A stretch of DNA of 64,000 nt from Octopus vulgaris. Taxonomy: Eukaryota. Both the position numbers and the translations under genes were made by a program. The stretch spans positions 43,648,001 through 43,712,000 of the forward strand of contig OX597814.1 in the NCBI GenBank assembly GCA_951406725.2, in the 5' to 3' direction. Each line of letters begins with the position of its first letter. Within the stretch, counting starts at the first letter, position 1. Positions 1 to 11,608 of the stretch are shown here, piece after piece. The notes beneath the pieces were generated by a model. It ran no database searches and was not told the DNA's origin. It saw only the letters and a program-made list of their open reading frames with translations.

Positions 1-575
1 TCTACCCTCCCTACTCCTCTCCCACCTCCTCATAATATCTTGACTACCAACTAACACTCCTTTTTTCACTTTCTCTCCTTCTTTTCATTTTCTCTTGCTC
101 TTTTTTTCATTCTTTTTTTCTCACCTTTTCCTTCGACCTCCCTCTTCATTTTAACATACACATCATTTCCCCCCTCTCTATCCACTCAGTACTACCAAAA
201 CATTCTCAAATTTTCATTCAAACCACAAGACCTATGTGAATGAACAGCATATGGAATCTACGTCTCCACACTTTCCATTTGTGATGACAAAATATGGATT
301 TCTTCTACACATCACATTCCTTGGATAATTGAACTGCAAATATAATATTTTTATACACTTTTATTTATTTTTATTTCTACATTCATTCTCCTATTTCCTT
401 ATATGCTCCTTATTTGCTTCCGTTTCCAAAATAATTTATTATATTGAACTCTAATATTTTCCTTTATTTAACCATCACGCATCGTCTCTGATGAAGGGAT
501 ATCCTTAATATCCCAGAAATATTCAGGGCTTTATAAAAGTCCTGAAAATTCCACACTGTCTTGTCTTTGTAGTCT
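1..575 (+). mobile_element. Penelope-like element (PLE) pLTR/3' remnant: CT-rich tract, hammerhead motif, tail abutting microsatellite
   Basis: Pyrimidine-rich tract followed by a CTGATGA-stem-GAAA motif at 488-519; similar layout in reverse at 34885-35640. Family assignment inferred from the hammerhead motif. Confidence 0.45.
484..529 (+). ncRNA. Minimal type I hammerhead ribozyme motif
   Basis: gtct-CTGATGA-a-gggatat(cctta)atatccc-a-GAAA-tat-TC-aggg: intact core, 7-bp stem II, tiny palindromic stem III (aatatt), weak stem I. Confidence 0.6.
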
Positions 576-586
576 CATTTTATTGA

Positions 587-612
587 ACACACACATACAC
601 ACACACACATGT

Positions 613-692
<80 letters not shown>
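587..692. repeat. Compound (CA)n/(TA)n/(TG)n microsatellite
   Basis: Directly visible. Confidence 0.95.
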
Positions 693-695
<3 letters not shown>

Positions 696-997
696 AGGCG
701 CAATGGCCTAGTGGTTAGGGCAGCGGACTCGCGGTCGTAGGATCGCGGTTTCGATTCCCAGACCGGGCGTTGTGAGTGTTTATTGAGCGAAAACACCTAA
801 AGCTCCACGAGGCTCCGGCAGGTGGGGGGGGGCGATCACTGCTGTACTCTTTCGCTACTTTCTCTCACTCTTTTTTCTGTTGGCCTGCTCGCTTAGCCAG
901 CGGGGTGGCGTCATTTGAAGGCTAAAACAATGCGAAGCACATTGTGACCAGCGATGTGTAACAACATCTGATAGCCTGGTCGGTCACGGTGATCACG

Positions 998-1001
<4 letters not shown>
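693..1001 (+). mobile_element. tRNA-derived SINE (tRNA-Arg-like head; resembles octopus OR-type families)
   Basis: Box A tggcctagtgg and box B ggtttcgattccc, TCG anticodon-like loop; tail ends in tcacggtga repeats then (TA)n. Confidence 0.85.
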
Positions 1002-1037
<36 letters not shown>

Positions 1038-1423
1038 CGTGATCACCGTGATCACACTTGAAGTGTACAGACGTATGTTGCTTCCCTCCCCCAAAGTCAG
1101 TAGCAAGCTACACAGCTACAAGGCCGAAGCCAAAACCAAACTGACCGTTTATATATATATTTGTAATCACGCATTTGCACACAAACTCGTAAGCACAATT
1201 TTTTACTTAACTACAAATTATATCCTAAACAAACCTGCAAATAAACAAAAATTTACACCCATAAAAGAGAATATATCTATATACACACTTCTTTTATACA
1301 CTTTAATATCTTCAGATAATCAAAGTCTCACGCGCATAATTAAGAATGTATACGTATATATGAAACAACCCTAAACAAATAACCAAATAATCCGAAACTA
1401 ACACCCATAAGAGAGAATATATC

Positions 1424-1555
1424 TTGCCTTTCATCCTTCTGGGGTCGATAAATTAAGTACCGGTTACGCACTGGGGTCGATGTAATTGACTTAATCCCTT
1501 TGTCTGTCCTTGTTTGTCTACTCTGTGTTTAGCCCCTTGTGGGTAGTAAAGAAAT
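1424..1555 (+). mobile_element. 5'-truncated SINE (gcctttcatcc...gtcgataaa..aagtacc central domain, Meta-SINE-like)
   Basis: Near-identical to 60190-60325; inserted in the second copy of a local duplication. Confidence 0.8.
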
Positions 1556-3444
1556 ATATATATATACATATATATATATATTCTTCTTTAATATCTTCAG
1601 ATAATCAAAGCGCCACACACATAAGAAAGAATATATATACATATATCTGAAAGAAAACAAAACCAAGAGATGAAAAAAAAAACATGGTGACTATCCAGCA
1701 GAGTTACAACAAACGATATTGGTCTGTTAATGAAATTGACCTCCCATTAAGCACATGAATTTTTCTCTCTCAAACAGAAAACATAAACAGCGTGTTTAAA
1801 TGTGATTGCTGAAAAAAAAAAGAAACAGCGAAAATACTCAACACGCGATTTGTTACGCAGGTTTGCAGCAAACTAAAAGACGTCACGGTTTCCTTCAAGC
1901 TAATTCGGGGTTATTTTGAAATATCTCGTTATGTTTTCTCTTTAAATATTGGTCAAGTAACAACAACAAAACAACAACAACAACATCCAGAAAACCAAGA
2001 ACAGCCAAAAAAAAAAAACGACAACTACAACAACAACTAGGAAATCAGGAACAACAACAAGCTAAACAACAACTGCCAGAAAATTATGAACAGCAACAAA
2101 AAGAAGCACAAGAGGAAGAGCCGTTCCTAAATTCCAGCATAATAGCTGATTTACTGAACGATAATATTTCTTCACCTCTCTCTCACTTACCATTCCCACA
2201 ACCATCACAATTATCATCGTCGTCATAACCACAGCTGCCACCATCGTCTTCTACCCCACAAATAATAAATATAAACTACTGCTTTCTTCCCCCACATCGC
2301 CACCTCATTCCTACTGTAGGATAAAAAAAAAACTATGGAGCGGAGTGTGTCTCCAACGACACTAACACGTAACCCGAAAAAAATATGCCGTTATTCCCTA
2401 CATTACAGGCTCTGCACAAGTAGAGACTGCATCGTTACACATCTACCTGGCACTAGACGCACAATCCAGAAAAACACTACTAGCCAAACCAAAGTACGAA
2501 TCCCACAACAACATCAATATCAACATCAACACCACCAAATAGTGAATTGAATGTTAAATATGCCGGTATTCCAAACGAAAGAAACTACGTCTGTTGCATG
2601 ACTTTCCCTTCACTCATCTTCCAGCGACCCGTCGCATTACGAGAAGTAGGGCTCCAGCCCAACACGTAAACCACAGTAAAAACACTTCCTGCTATAATGT
2701 TGATCTAGTCTTTTCACGAAGATTCACAAACAATATCATCATCAACAACAACAAAAGCCACAACGACAACCCTATCCAACAGAGAAATCACACCTAGTCG
2801 AAAATTACTCCCTAAGCAGGAAAATTCTTTTTTAGCCATGTTGAACCTGATAAAAGACATTTTAAAAAATCTTTTAGCCATCACTCAATACCGTCCTATG
2901 ATATTACCCCAGTGCACCAAGTCCCAACATTGCTATCACTAACACACAATCAGGGGTAAAGACCTCTGCAACAGTCAAAACCTGCTACTACACTAGCCTC
3001 CGCATATCTACTCAATGCACAAGGTGTCAGTCCCTCCATCAATGCACAAAAATGGAAGATCCAATTCATTGAGGATTGGGATGGTAAACATCCGCACATC
3101 TCTTTCTTCATTTTTACTGAAACACAGCTTGACAATTCCCACTTGAAAGCCGAATTGAAAGTGAGGAATTTCACAACAATCCACGCGGATCGAGTCGACA
3201 GAATGAAGGATGGAACTGCCAGTTTCTTTCATGATTCTTTTTCGGTAGATGGAAATATTATATTCTCCAATGGCTACTGTGACTAGATCACTGTTCACAA
3301 GAAAACCAATGACCTGATAGTAGTCGGACTGTATAGGCCACCTCGAACACTTGTACTGCTCTTTAATAAAAGCCTCAACTGCATTAAGTATTTTATTCAA
3401 AAGTGCCACTCAAATTATGATGGAAGATTTTAATCTACCTTGTA

Positions 3445-4717
3445 CGAGGGGCGTTCAATAAGTAATGCCCCTGACCCACTTTCCATAGCAGTAGAGCAAC
3501 GAAACTTGGCACAGTTATTAGTATTTTTATACAGAGGAACCACCCAGAGTTACGTATTTCTCCCATCGTTTGATGCGGCTCTGGAGACCGTTTTTGTAGA
3601 AGAACCCAGCTTGGTCCTCCAACCTCAACGTGACTTCAGAAATCAAGGCTGCATCATCTGGGAAACGCTTTCCTTTCAAAAACAACTTCATGATTGGGAA
3701 GAGGTGAAAATCAGAGGGTGCAAGGTCAGGAAAGTAGGGGGGATGGGGAGGAGTTCATAGCCATACGCCTGTGCTTCTGATCTGGCGACAAGCGAGTTGT
3801 GGACCGGAGCGTTGTTCTGCAGGAGGAGGATGCCTTTGCTGATCTTGCCCCGCCTCTTGATTTTGATAACTTCTCTTAATTTCCTCAAAAGTGAAGCATA
3901 ATAGGCTCCTGCCATTGTGGTACCCTTTGCCAGGAAATGTGTCATCACTACTCCGTCCTGGTCCCAGAAGACTGTGAGCATGACCTTGCCTTCTTTGGAG
4001 GGGATGAGTCATAGTACTTCCACTGAATTGACTGGGCTTTGGTCTCTGGATCATCGTGATGGACCCAGGTTTCATCCTGTGTAATCAGTCTTTTGAAAAA
4101 TGTTGACTCATCTTCTTGGCACATCTCCAAATTCACCCTCGAGCACTCGACGCGTTCTTGCTTCTGGAAAGGCGTGAGCAACCTGGGAATCCATCTGGCA
4201 GACACCTTTTGCATATGCAAATGGTGATGAATGATAGTTTCCACATACCCGGTACTAATCTTGACCTCATGGGCTATTTCGCGATGCGTTGATCTTCCAA
4301 AATGGCAGCCTCAACTTGACGGACAGATGCCTCATCAATGGCAGAAGGGGGCAACCAGATCTGGGAGCTATTTCCACAGAGTTCCGACCATGTTTGAATT
4401 CACGATGCCAGCGTTTTACAAGGTCATATGATGGGGCATCATCACCATAAGTTACTTTCATTTCATCAAAAGTCTCCCGTGGTGTGTGTCCTTTCAAATA
4501 CAAAAACCGGATCACTGCTCGACACTCAACAGGCTCCATTTCACACTTGACTCGGTTCAAACACCTGTAAATCAGAAACCACAATTAATTCAGAGCTGTA
4601 ATTTGCCACTTACTCTATAGAGATATAAATGTTTGCACATGCAATCAGCTAGATCAATTTCAGCTAGATCAAACAACTGCAAGTGGGTCAGAGGCATTAC
4701 TTATTGAACGTCCCTCG
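3445..4717 (-). mobile_element. Full-length mariner (irritans-like), 37-bp TIRs, TA TSD
   Basis: Left TIR cgaggggcgttcaataagtaatgcccctgacccactt (3445-3481) and right TIR 4681-4717 differ at 2 positions; TA at 3443-3444 and 4718-4719. Confidence 0.97.
3510..4539 (-). pseudogene. Frameshifted mariner transposase
   Basis: MEPVECRAVIRFLYLKG HTH, WIPRLL, ITQDETWVHHDDPETK, VFWDQDGVV, LLQNNAPVH spread over several frames. Confidence 0.93.
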
Positions 4718-5009
4718 TAGATTGGTCTACAAACAATTTGAAATCAGGCACTTCTACCTCAAATAGAGACAAAGGAGCAGTAGAGTCACTTTTAGGCTCT
4801 AGGAATGAGAATTTAGTTATCCCAACTTGTCCTTGCACCAACAAGATATCAGAACACTTTAGGCATTGTGTTTAGTAAACACACTAACATTATACACAAT
4901 ATTACAGTGGAAAAAAAAAAAAATTTCTTTCAGACCATGACATGAATCTGCACCCTGAGATTCCACCAGTTGAAAGCTAACCCCACTGATCTCTCTCCAG
5001 CCCACCTAT

Positions 5010-5317
5010 CTTTTTGTTTCTTCCTTCTCGAGCCATGCCTGGCTCATAAGGGCCGGTTTCCCGGTTTCCTTGGCGTATAGGTTCCCCACATTGACGGGAA
5101 GCCAGTCCGTCGCACACAAGCTGCAAGATGCAGGAGGAAAGAGTGAGAGAAAGTTGTGGCGAAAGAGTCAGCAGAAGTTCACCATTACCTTCTGCCCGAG
5201 CCACGTGGAGCTTAGGTGTTTTCGCTCATAATCACACACATCGCCCTGTCTGAGATTCGAACCCGCGATCCCTCGATCCCGAGTTCGCTGCTCTAACCAC
5301 TAGGCCATGTGCCTCCA
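5010..5317 (-). mobile_element. tRNA-Arg-like SINE with 12-bp TSD (cagcccacctat at 4998-5009 and 5318-5329)
   Basis: Same head as the 693-1001 SINE (tggcctagtggttag..ggttcgaatc..gagcgaaaacaccta) but a different 3' tail; perfect TSD. Confidence 0.9.
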
Positions 5318-7007
5318 CAGCCCACCTATTTGATACTATGGATCTATATGATGCCGACTGGGACGAAATTATAAGTGAGTTATCACATGTTGACTGGTCA
5401 TTCACACATGCACACACCTCCTCCAGCATCAAAATATCTTGGCAGATGTTTGTAGATACTGTCACAATCACATGTGCTAAGCACACCCCATCAAGGCTTC
5501 TGAAGAAAACTAAGTGTAGAATTCCCAAAAACAGAAAAACGATTATCAGGAAAATAGAACGAACAAAAAAATTAAGAAACTAAAATCCTTTCAAAAGACA
5601 TATAAATTCGACGGCTATCACCCTGCTCCAATAAAAAATATATATAATCTCGAACAATACACGAATTCCATCATCAATAGCCAAAGAACAACTGAGGAGA
5701 AATGGGCCAAAGCGTTTTTCTCTGTGTTTTTGCGAAAAAAACACAAGATCACTGTCTCCACTGTTGGCCCTCTAATCGATGAAAATGGAACTATAATCGA
5801 TGAAAATGGAACTCTCAAAGATAAAGCCAAGATTGAGAAACTGCAGAAACTGCACTGCTTTGTTTTTAGCAACCCTGTTATGGCTGATCTAGACTGTATC
5901 GGTGATGTTACTCCACGACACACTAAATCGGACATAAGGTTCGGCGCCCCTGATGTCTTAGCGGCAATAAACGAAATTAAATACAATTCAGCACTAGACC
6001 CTGATAGGTTTCCCGCTTGTGTCATGAAGGTGCGCCGACACGAACTTGCATCTCCTCTTGCTAAACTGGAGAAGAACTCATTGGATGCTGGTTATATTCC
6101 TGAAAACTTTCTGTCTCAGTCTGCTTTCCCAGTTTTCAAAAAGGGTAACAAGCCCATTGCAGTGAGCTACCGACTGATCTCGCTCACTTCTCATAGCATC
6201 AAGGTATTTGAGAGGATGGTAAGATCACAGATAACCTACTTTTTTGAAAGCAACAGACTGCTGAAACCCAAACAACATGGATTGCGTAACAGACACACAG
6301 ATACTTCGAAGTGAACATTGTGTGCTATACAAAACGAGCAGTAAATTAGTGAGGATTCCTTTTATGTTCTGAATTCGTGTATTGGCTATTATCATAACAT
6401 TTATATCAATATAATCATATCCGAAAATATACTGCCAGACGCAAAAGCTTTTAAAGGAAAGTATTTTTGAAACAGATAAAACTACAGAGTTTCCAAATGA
6501 GACAACTTGCAATTAAAATTGCTTAATAAATGGCGAGAAGTAATAGCATAAAATTAATCTGGCGTCGTGTATAATTTGGAATTAATTGAATCTTACATAA
6601 CATTTCTAATTTTGTACGGTTTACTATTTGTAGGGTTCATCACCCTACACTTAGATTTAAATAAGATGTTGTCCTTGTCTGCTTTCAAGACAATGTAGTG
6701 TTGAGACGTAGGTAGAATTGAAGTGATCTATCTTAAATTTGGGAGAAAGGAATGCGTGTTTCTCTGTAGTTGATGCAATATATTTAAGAATTTGTTGTTT
6801 TGTTTTTTGCCTGTTATTTGTATATATTTCACTTGTTGTGCATGCTGATTTTTTTATATGCAATGCATATTCTTCTTTGTTTGGTAGGGTAATTCATTAT
6901 ATAGCATTAAACATTTTTTAGGTCTCTTAGCTCTATGCATGCGTAGATGTACGTGAGTAAATATGTATGTAAATTTACGTGTGCGTGTGTGTAAATACTT
7001 ATTGATA

Positions 7008-7017
7008 CATACACGGA

Positions 7018-7090
<73 letters not shown>

Positions 7091-7094
7091 GTAT

Positions 7095-7150
<56 letters not shown>
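7008..7150. repeat. Compound (TA)n/(CA)n/(TG)n microsatellite
   Basis: Directly visible. Confidence 0.95.
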
Positions 7151-7377
7151 AATTTACGAAGGTGTAATTAATTCTATTATTATCCAATGTTACTATTTTA
7201 AAAATGATAATAACAGAATCAATGACGCAGGTGATTGCAGGCCAAAAATAGCATTAAATAATCGAGGGATTTTGGCGATTCAATAAGAGTTTTGACTGTT
7301 ATTTCAAGCAGGTAGACATACTTACTATGTGCTTTGATTAATTTATATATATATATATATATATTTATAATCTTTAT

Positions 7378-7789
7378 ACTCTTTACTCTTTTACTTGTTT
7401 CGGTCATTTGACTGCGGTGATGCTGGAGTATCACCTTTAGTCGAGCAAATCTACCTCAGGACTTATTCCTTGGAAGCCTAGTATATTATTCTATTGGTCT
7501 CTTTTGCCGAACCGCTAAGTTACGGCGACGTAAACACACCACCATCGGTTGTCAAACGATGTTGGGGGGGACAAACACTGACACAAACATATACACACAC
7601 ATACATATGTATGTGCATATATACGACGGGCTTCTTTCAGTTTCAGTCTACCAAATCCACTCACAAAGCTTTGATCGGCCCGAGGCTATAGTAGAAGAAA
7701 CTTGCCCAAGCGACCACGCATTGGGAATGAACCCGGAACCATGTGGTTGACAACCGATGCTAGTGTGTTTACGTCCCTGTAACTTAGCG
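7378..7789 (-). mobile_element. CORE-like tRNA SINE, 5'-truncated, with an inverted internal fragment at 7747-7789
   Basis: Reverse complement of the 13873-14273 family; 7747-7789 is an inverted copy of 7513-7555. Confidence 0.9.
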
Positions 7790-8290
7790 TATTGTCTTTT
7801 ACATTATATTGCAGGGAAGTGTTAGGTAGGTTCTTGTCATCTCTCTGTGGCAGTCATTTGAATTATTTTTTAAAGTTCTCCATGTCCAGGTTTATAGTCT
7901 CCTGGTTCATTGTGGCTGCAGCCTCAAAACCGCGGTTTCATTTCTTATAGGTTTCGGCTGGACGTCATTGTTTTGGCTGGTGGCAGAATTCGAACTACTT
8001 GTAGTCTGTATAGTATCAACTGGGTGTTCCTCCTCTCTCTTTTTTCATGAGTGTGAGGCAGGAAAGCTTCGTCGTATACATCTGGTAAGTGGGCATTTTC
8101 AATTAGTTTGAAATCAATGTTAACGTCGGTGGTTTGCTTATTCAAGTAAGTTGTTCTGTCCAACCGCTAAGCGTGGTTGAATTAAAAGGAACATAAATAA
8201 AACACATAAATAACATGCGGTTCACGCAGGTAACATAGTGGCACAGTGAGTAAAAAAACACGTACTTACGGTCGAAATTGTCGAACCAAT
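7790..8290 (-). mobile_element. Possible highly decayed Tc1/mariner-superfamily transposase C-terminus
   Basis: Minus-strand remnants such as ETINLDMENFKK*FK*LPQRDD and DEAFLPHT weakly resemble DDxD transposase C-termini. Confidence 0.3.
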
Positions 8291-8291
8291 A

Positions 8292-8327
<36 letters not shown>

Positions 8328-8649
8328 ATCTATATATACACAAAGATAGTGCTGTTGTGACTAATGAATCGCTTTCACTCTTATTTGTATCAATGGTGGT
8401 ACAACCTCGTACCCTCAGTCACTTTAGTGACCCACATTATATATAGTTTTCACTTCTAAGGTTTTTCAAAACAGCACATGTTTTCAACGGTTTTTTTCTT
8501 GTAAGTTGACGACGTGAATTGAGCTTTACCCTAGGTGCAGTAAGAACCAATGACGATAATTAAGATGCTCTACCTCAAAATTTGAAATCCCATGATATGG
8601 CTATATTTGCGGCAGCAGGAAGCATTGTCTCCCTTGACAGCTTTACAAA

Positions 8650-8825
8650 AAAACAAAAGACAAAGACTGGTGTGTAAACAACAAATATATGTATTAGTTT
8701 ATCGCTCGGAAAGTGAGAAAGTCGTTTATGTTTCAAGCCTTCGCTCTTCCACAAAAAGGGACACAGAAATAAACAGGGAGAGAATTTTTTTTTTAAACGT
8801 TAAGTGGCTAGCGACTGTGACTCTG
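8650..8825 (-). mobile_element. PLE pLTR fragment (same family as 11420-11608) with degenerate hammerhead
   Basis: Reverse complement reads TTGTGGA-a-gagc(gaag)gctt-GAAA-ca-TA...ccgagcgataaactaataca, matching 11486-11590. Confidence 0.7.
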
Positions 8826-8899
8826 AGGTATGTGGTACACGAATGGTTATAATGGGTGTGAAGAATAGTAGCGAGTGGTGGAATAACTAAGGAAGGGAA

Positions 8900-10265
8900 G
8901 CTGTAGCAGAGAAGAAAAAAGCCTTGAATAGTGATTGCAGAAACGAGATGTTGAGGCTTATAATCGGTACAGAGAAGTGCTGTGAAGTGAAAAGAGAGTG
9001 GTGAGGGTGGCGAAATGGGAGACGAAGGAAGGGAGAGATATGTATTGGGCCTTTATAACCTAGAAAAGGCATATGACAGTGTGGATAGGGATGCAATGTG
9101 GCAGGTGTTGCGGTTTTATGGAGTAGATAGTAGATTGTTGAGAGCTGTTCAGAGTTTTTTTTTATATAGAAAAAGAGTAAGGCGGTGTTAGGGTGGGTGG
9201 TGAAGTGAGTGGTATGATATGAAGATAGGGTTAAGACAGGGTTGTGTGATATCTCCATGGCTGTTTAAGTTATATATGGATGGTATGGTGAGAGAGATAC
9301 ATGCTAGAAACCTTCGTAGGAGAACCCAGATGGTGGGAGAAAATGGAGAGAAATGGCAGGGGAGTCAGTTATTGTTTGCTGATGATACAGCACTGGAGGC
9401 AGATTCGGAAGAGCAACGGAGGAGTCTGGCGGGGGAGTTTGGAAGAGCGTGTGAGAGGAGGAAACTGAAAGTGAATGTGGCTAAGAGTAAGGCGATGAGA
9501 TGTTCGAGAGATGGAATGGCGGGTAAGAACGATGTGAGTATAAATGGTGAGATGTTAGAAGAAGCGGGTGTTGTAAGTATCTGGGAGAGATAAAAGGTTG
9601 ATTATGAAAGCGAAAAGAGATTTGTATGAGGGCGTGATTGTGCCGAAAATATCATATGGTGCAGAGAGCTAGAAGCTGAGAGAGGCCGAAAGGAGGTGAC
9701 TAAATGTGTTTGAGATGAGACGTCTGAGAGCTGCTACAGCTGGTGTGACACGGATGGACAGGATGAGGAATGAGGAGGTGCGAAGGCGAGCAGGAATGAG
9801 AGAAACTAACAACCAAAATGGATAGACGAATGTTCAGGTGGTTTGGTCACATGGAGAGGATGGACGAGGAGCAGATGGTAAAGAGGCTGGTGAAGGCAAA
9901 AGTGATAGCCAGTGGAACCAGAGACAGACCTCGGTTAGTGTGGATGGATGGTGTGAGGAAATTTTTGATGGTTAGAGGTGTTGGAGTGAGAGAGGCAAAA
10001 GTGTTTATAAATGATAGGAAAACTTAGAGAGTGTTTGTGGACGGATGAATGAATGTGATGTTGCCGCAAGGTGTACGGAACTAGCGTGGTGTAGCGGGGA
10101 TAAACCAGCAAATGCTGTTGGGACCCGCTGCTGATATTGGGGAATGCGTCCTATGCCTTGACCCGAGCATAAAATGGATCACGCCTCTTTGAGTTGGGAA
10201 ATGAATGGAATGCCTGGTGTGTGTCTTCTAGTGGATACCCCTCCCCAAAAATGGGGAATAGGCAT
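8900..10265 (+). mobile_element. 5'-truncated RTE-clade LINE (RT, C-terminus, 3' UTR)
   Basis: LEKAYDSVDRDAMWQVLRFYGV, GLRQGCVISPWLF, LLFADDTAL, RKLKVNVAKSK, YGAES*, RWFGHMERMDEE, RPRLVWMDGV; ends before (TA)n. Confidence 0.92.
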
Positions 10266-10281
10266 AGGTATGTATATATAC

Positions 10282-10803
<522 letters not shown>

Positions 10804-10804
10804 G

Positions 10805-11608
10805 AGGTGAACAGAGATTAATCTTCTCTCTTCGCTCATATGCGCCACATAGGCTAAACTCTCCTCCCCTCTCCTTTTTCCCTCTCACACCTACTTCCTC
10901 CCACCCACCTCTCCTCTCTTGCTCCGGCTCCCACTTCTCTTCATTCCTACTCCCCTTCTCTCTTCCCTTCACTCCTACCCACTTTCTCCCCTCCCGCTCT
11001 CCCTTCATCGTCACCCCTCCCTCGTAACCCTACCCAGCACAGTCTAACCCCACTTTCCTTATCCACCACAACCAACCACCCCACCCCTTATACCCATTCC
11101 CACGTACACCTCGACTACCCCACCCTTGCCTTTCCCCCTCTCGCTTCCCCAACATCCTAACACCATCCCACCACACCACACACTATACACCACCATACCA
11201 CAACTACACCACATCACATCACAGCACAACGCACACACTAACACTGACCACTTCTCATACACACACACACACTTCCCATACACCTACACATATACACACG
11301 CACAAGTCAAGGTCACCAGCTCTCTTCCACACGGACATACATACTCTCTTATGCACACACACGCGCAACTTCGTTCTCCCCTTCATCCTGTGCTCTCCTG
11401 TGTGACCCCACTGTCCGGCATTCTCTATGATAGATCGCTAGCCATTACATATTCTTTATTTTCTCTTCTTGTTTCTTTCTGTTTTCTTTTCTGTGGTAGA
11501 GCGTAGGCTCGAAACGTTAAAGGCGTTTTCACTCTCCGAGCGTAAAACTAATACACCTGTTTGTTGTCTACACCACCTGTCTTCGTCCTTTTATTTGTGA
11601 ATTCTCAC
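10805..11608 (+). mobile_element. PLE 3' end: GIY-YIG C-terminal peptide, low-complexity UTR, degenerate hammerhead (11486-11524)
   Basis: 10809-10862 translates EQRLIFSLRSYAPHRLNS (PLE E..WI..L....P.GLN motif); ctttt-CTGTGGTA-gagc(gtag)gctc-GAAA-cg-TT-aaag; ends at (TA)n. Confidence 0.75.

Larger units (their letters stand above)
2335..6314 (+). mobile_element. Degenerate CR1/L2-type LINE (ORF1 CCCH finger, APE endonuclease, N-terminal RT), interrupted by a mariner and a SINE
   Basis: ORF1-like ICRYSLHYRLCTSRDCIVTHLPGTRR; APE motifs TETQL..HADRVDR, LYRPP, EDFNLP continuing as DWS after the mariner; RT motifs DPDRFP, PVFKKGNK..SYRLISLTSHSIKVFER, LLKPKQHGLR; stops and frameshifts. Confidence 0.85.

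Noticed and set aside
693-770. tRNA-Arg-like sequence (also at 5245-5317)
   Set aside because: It is a SINE head continuing into a repeat body, not a tRNA gene.
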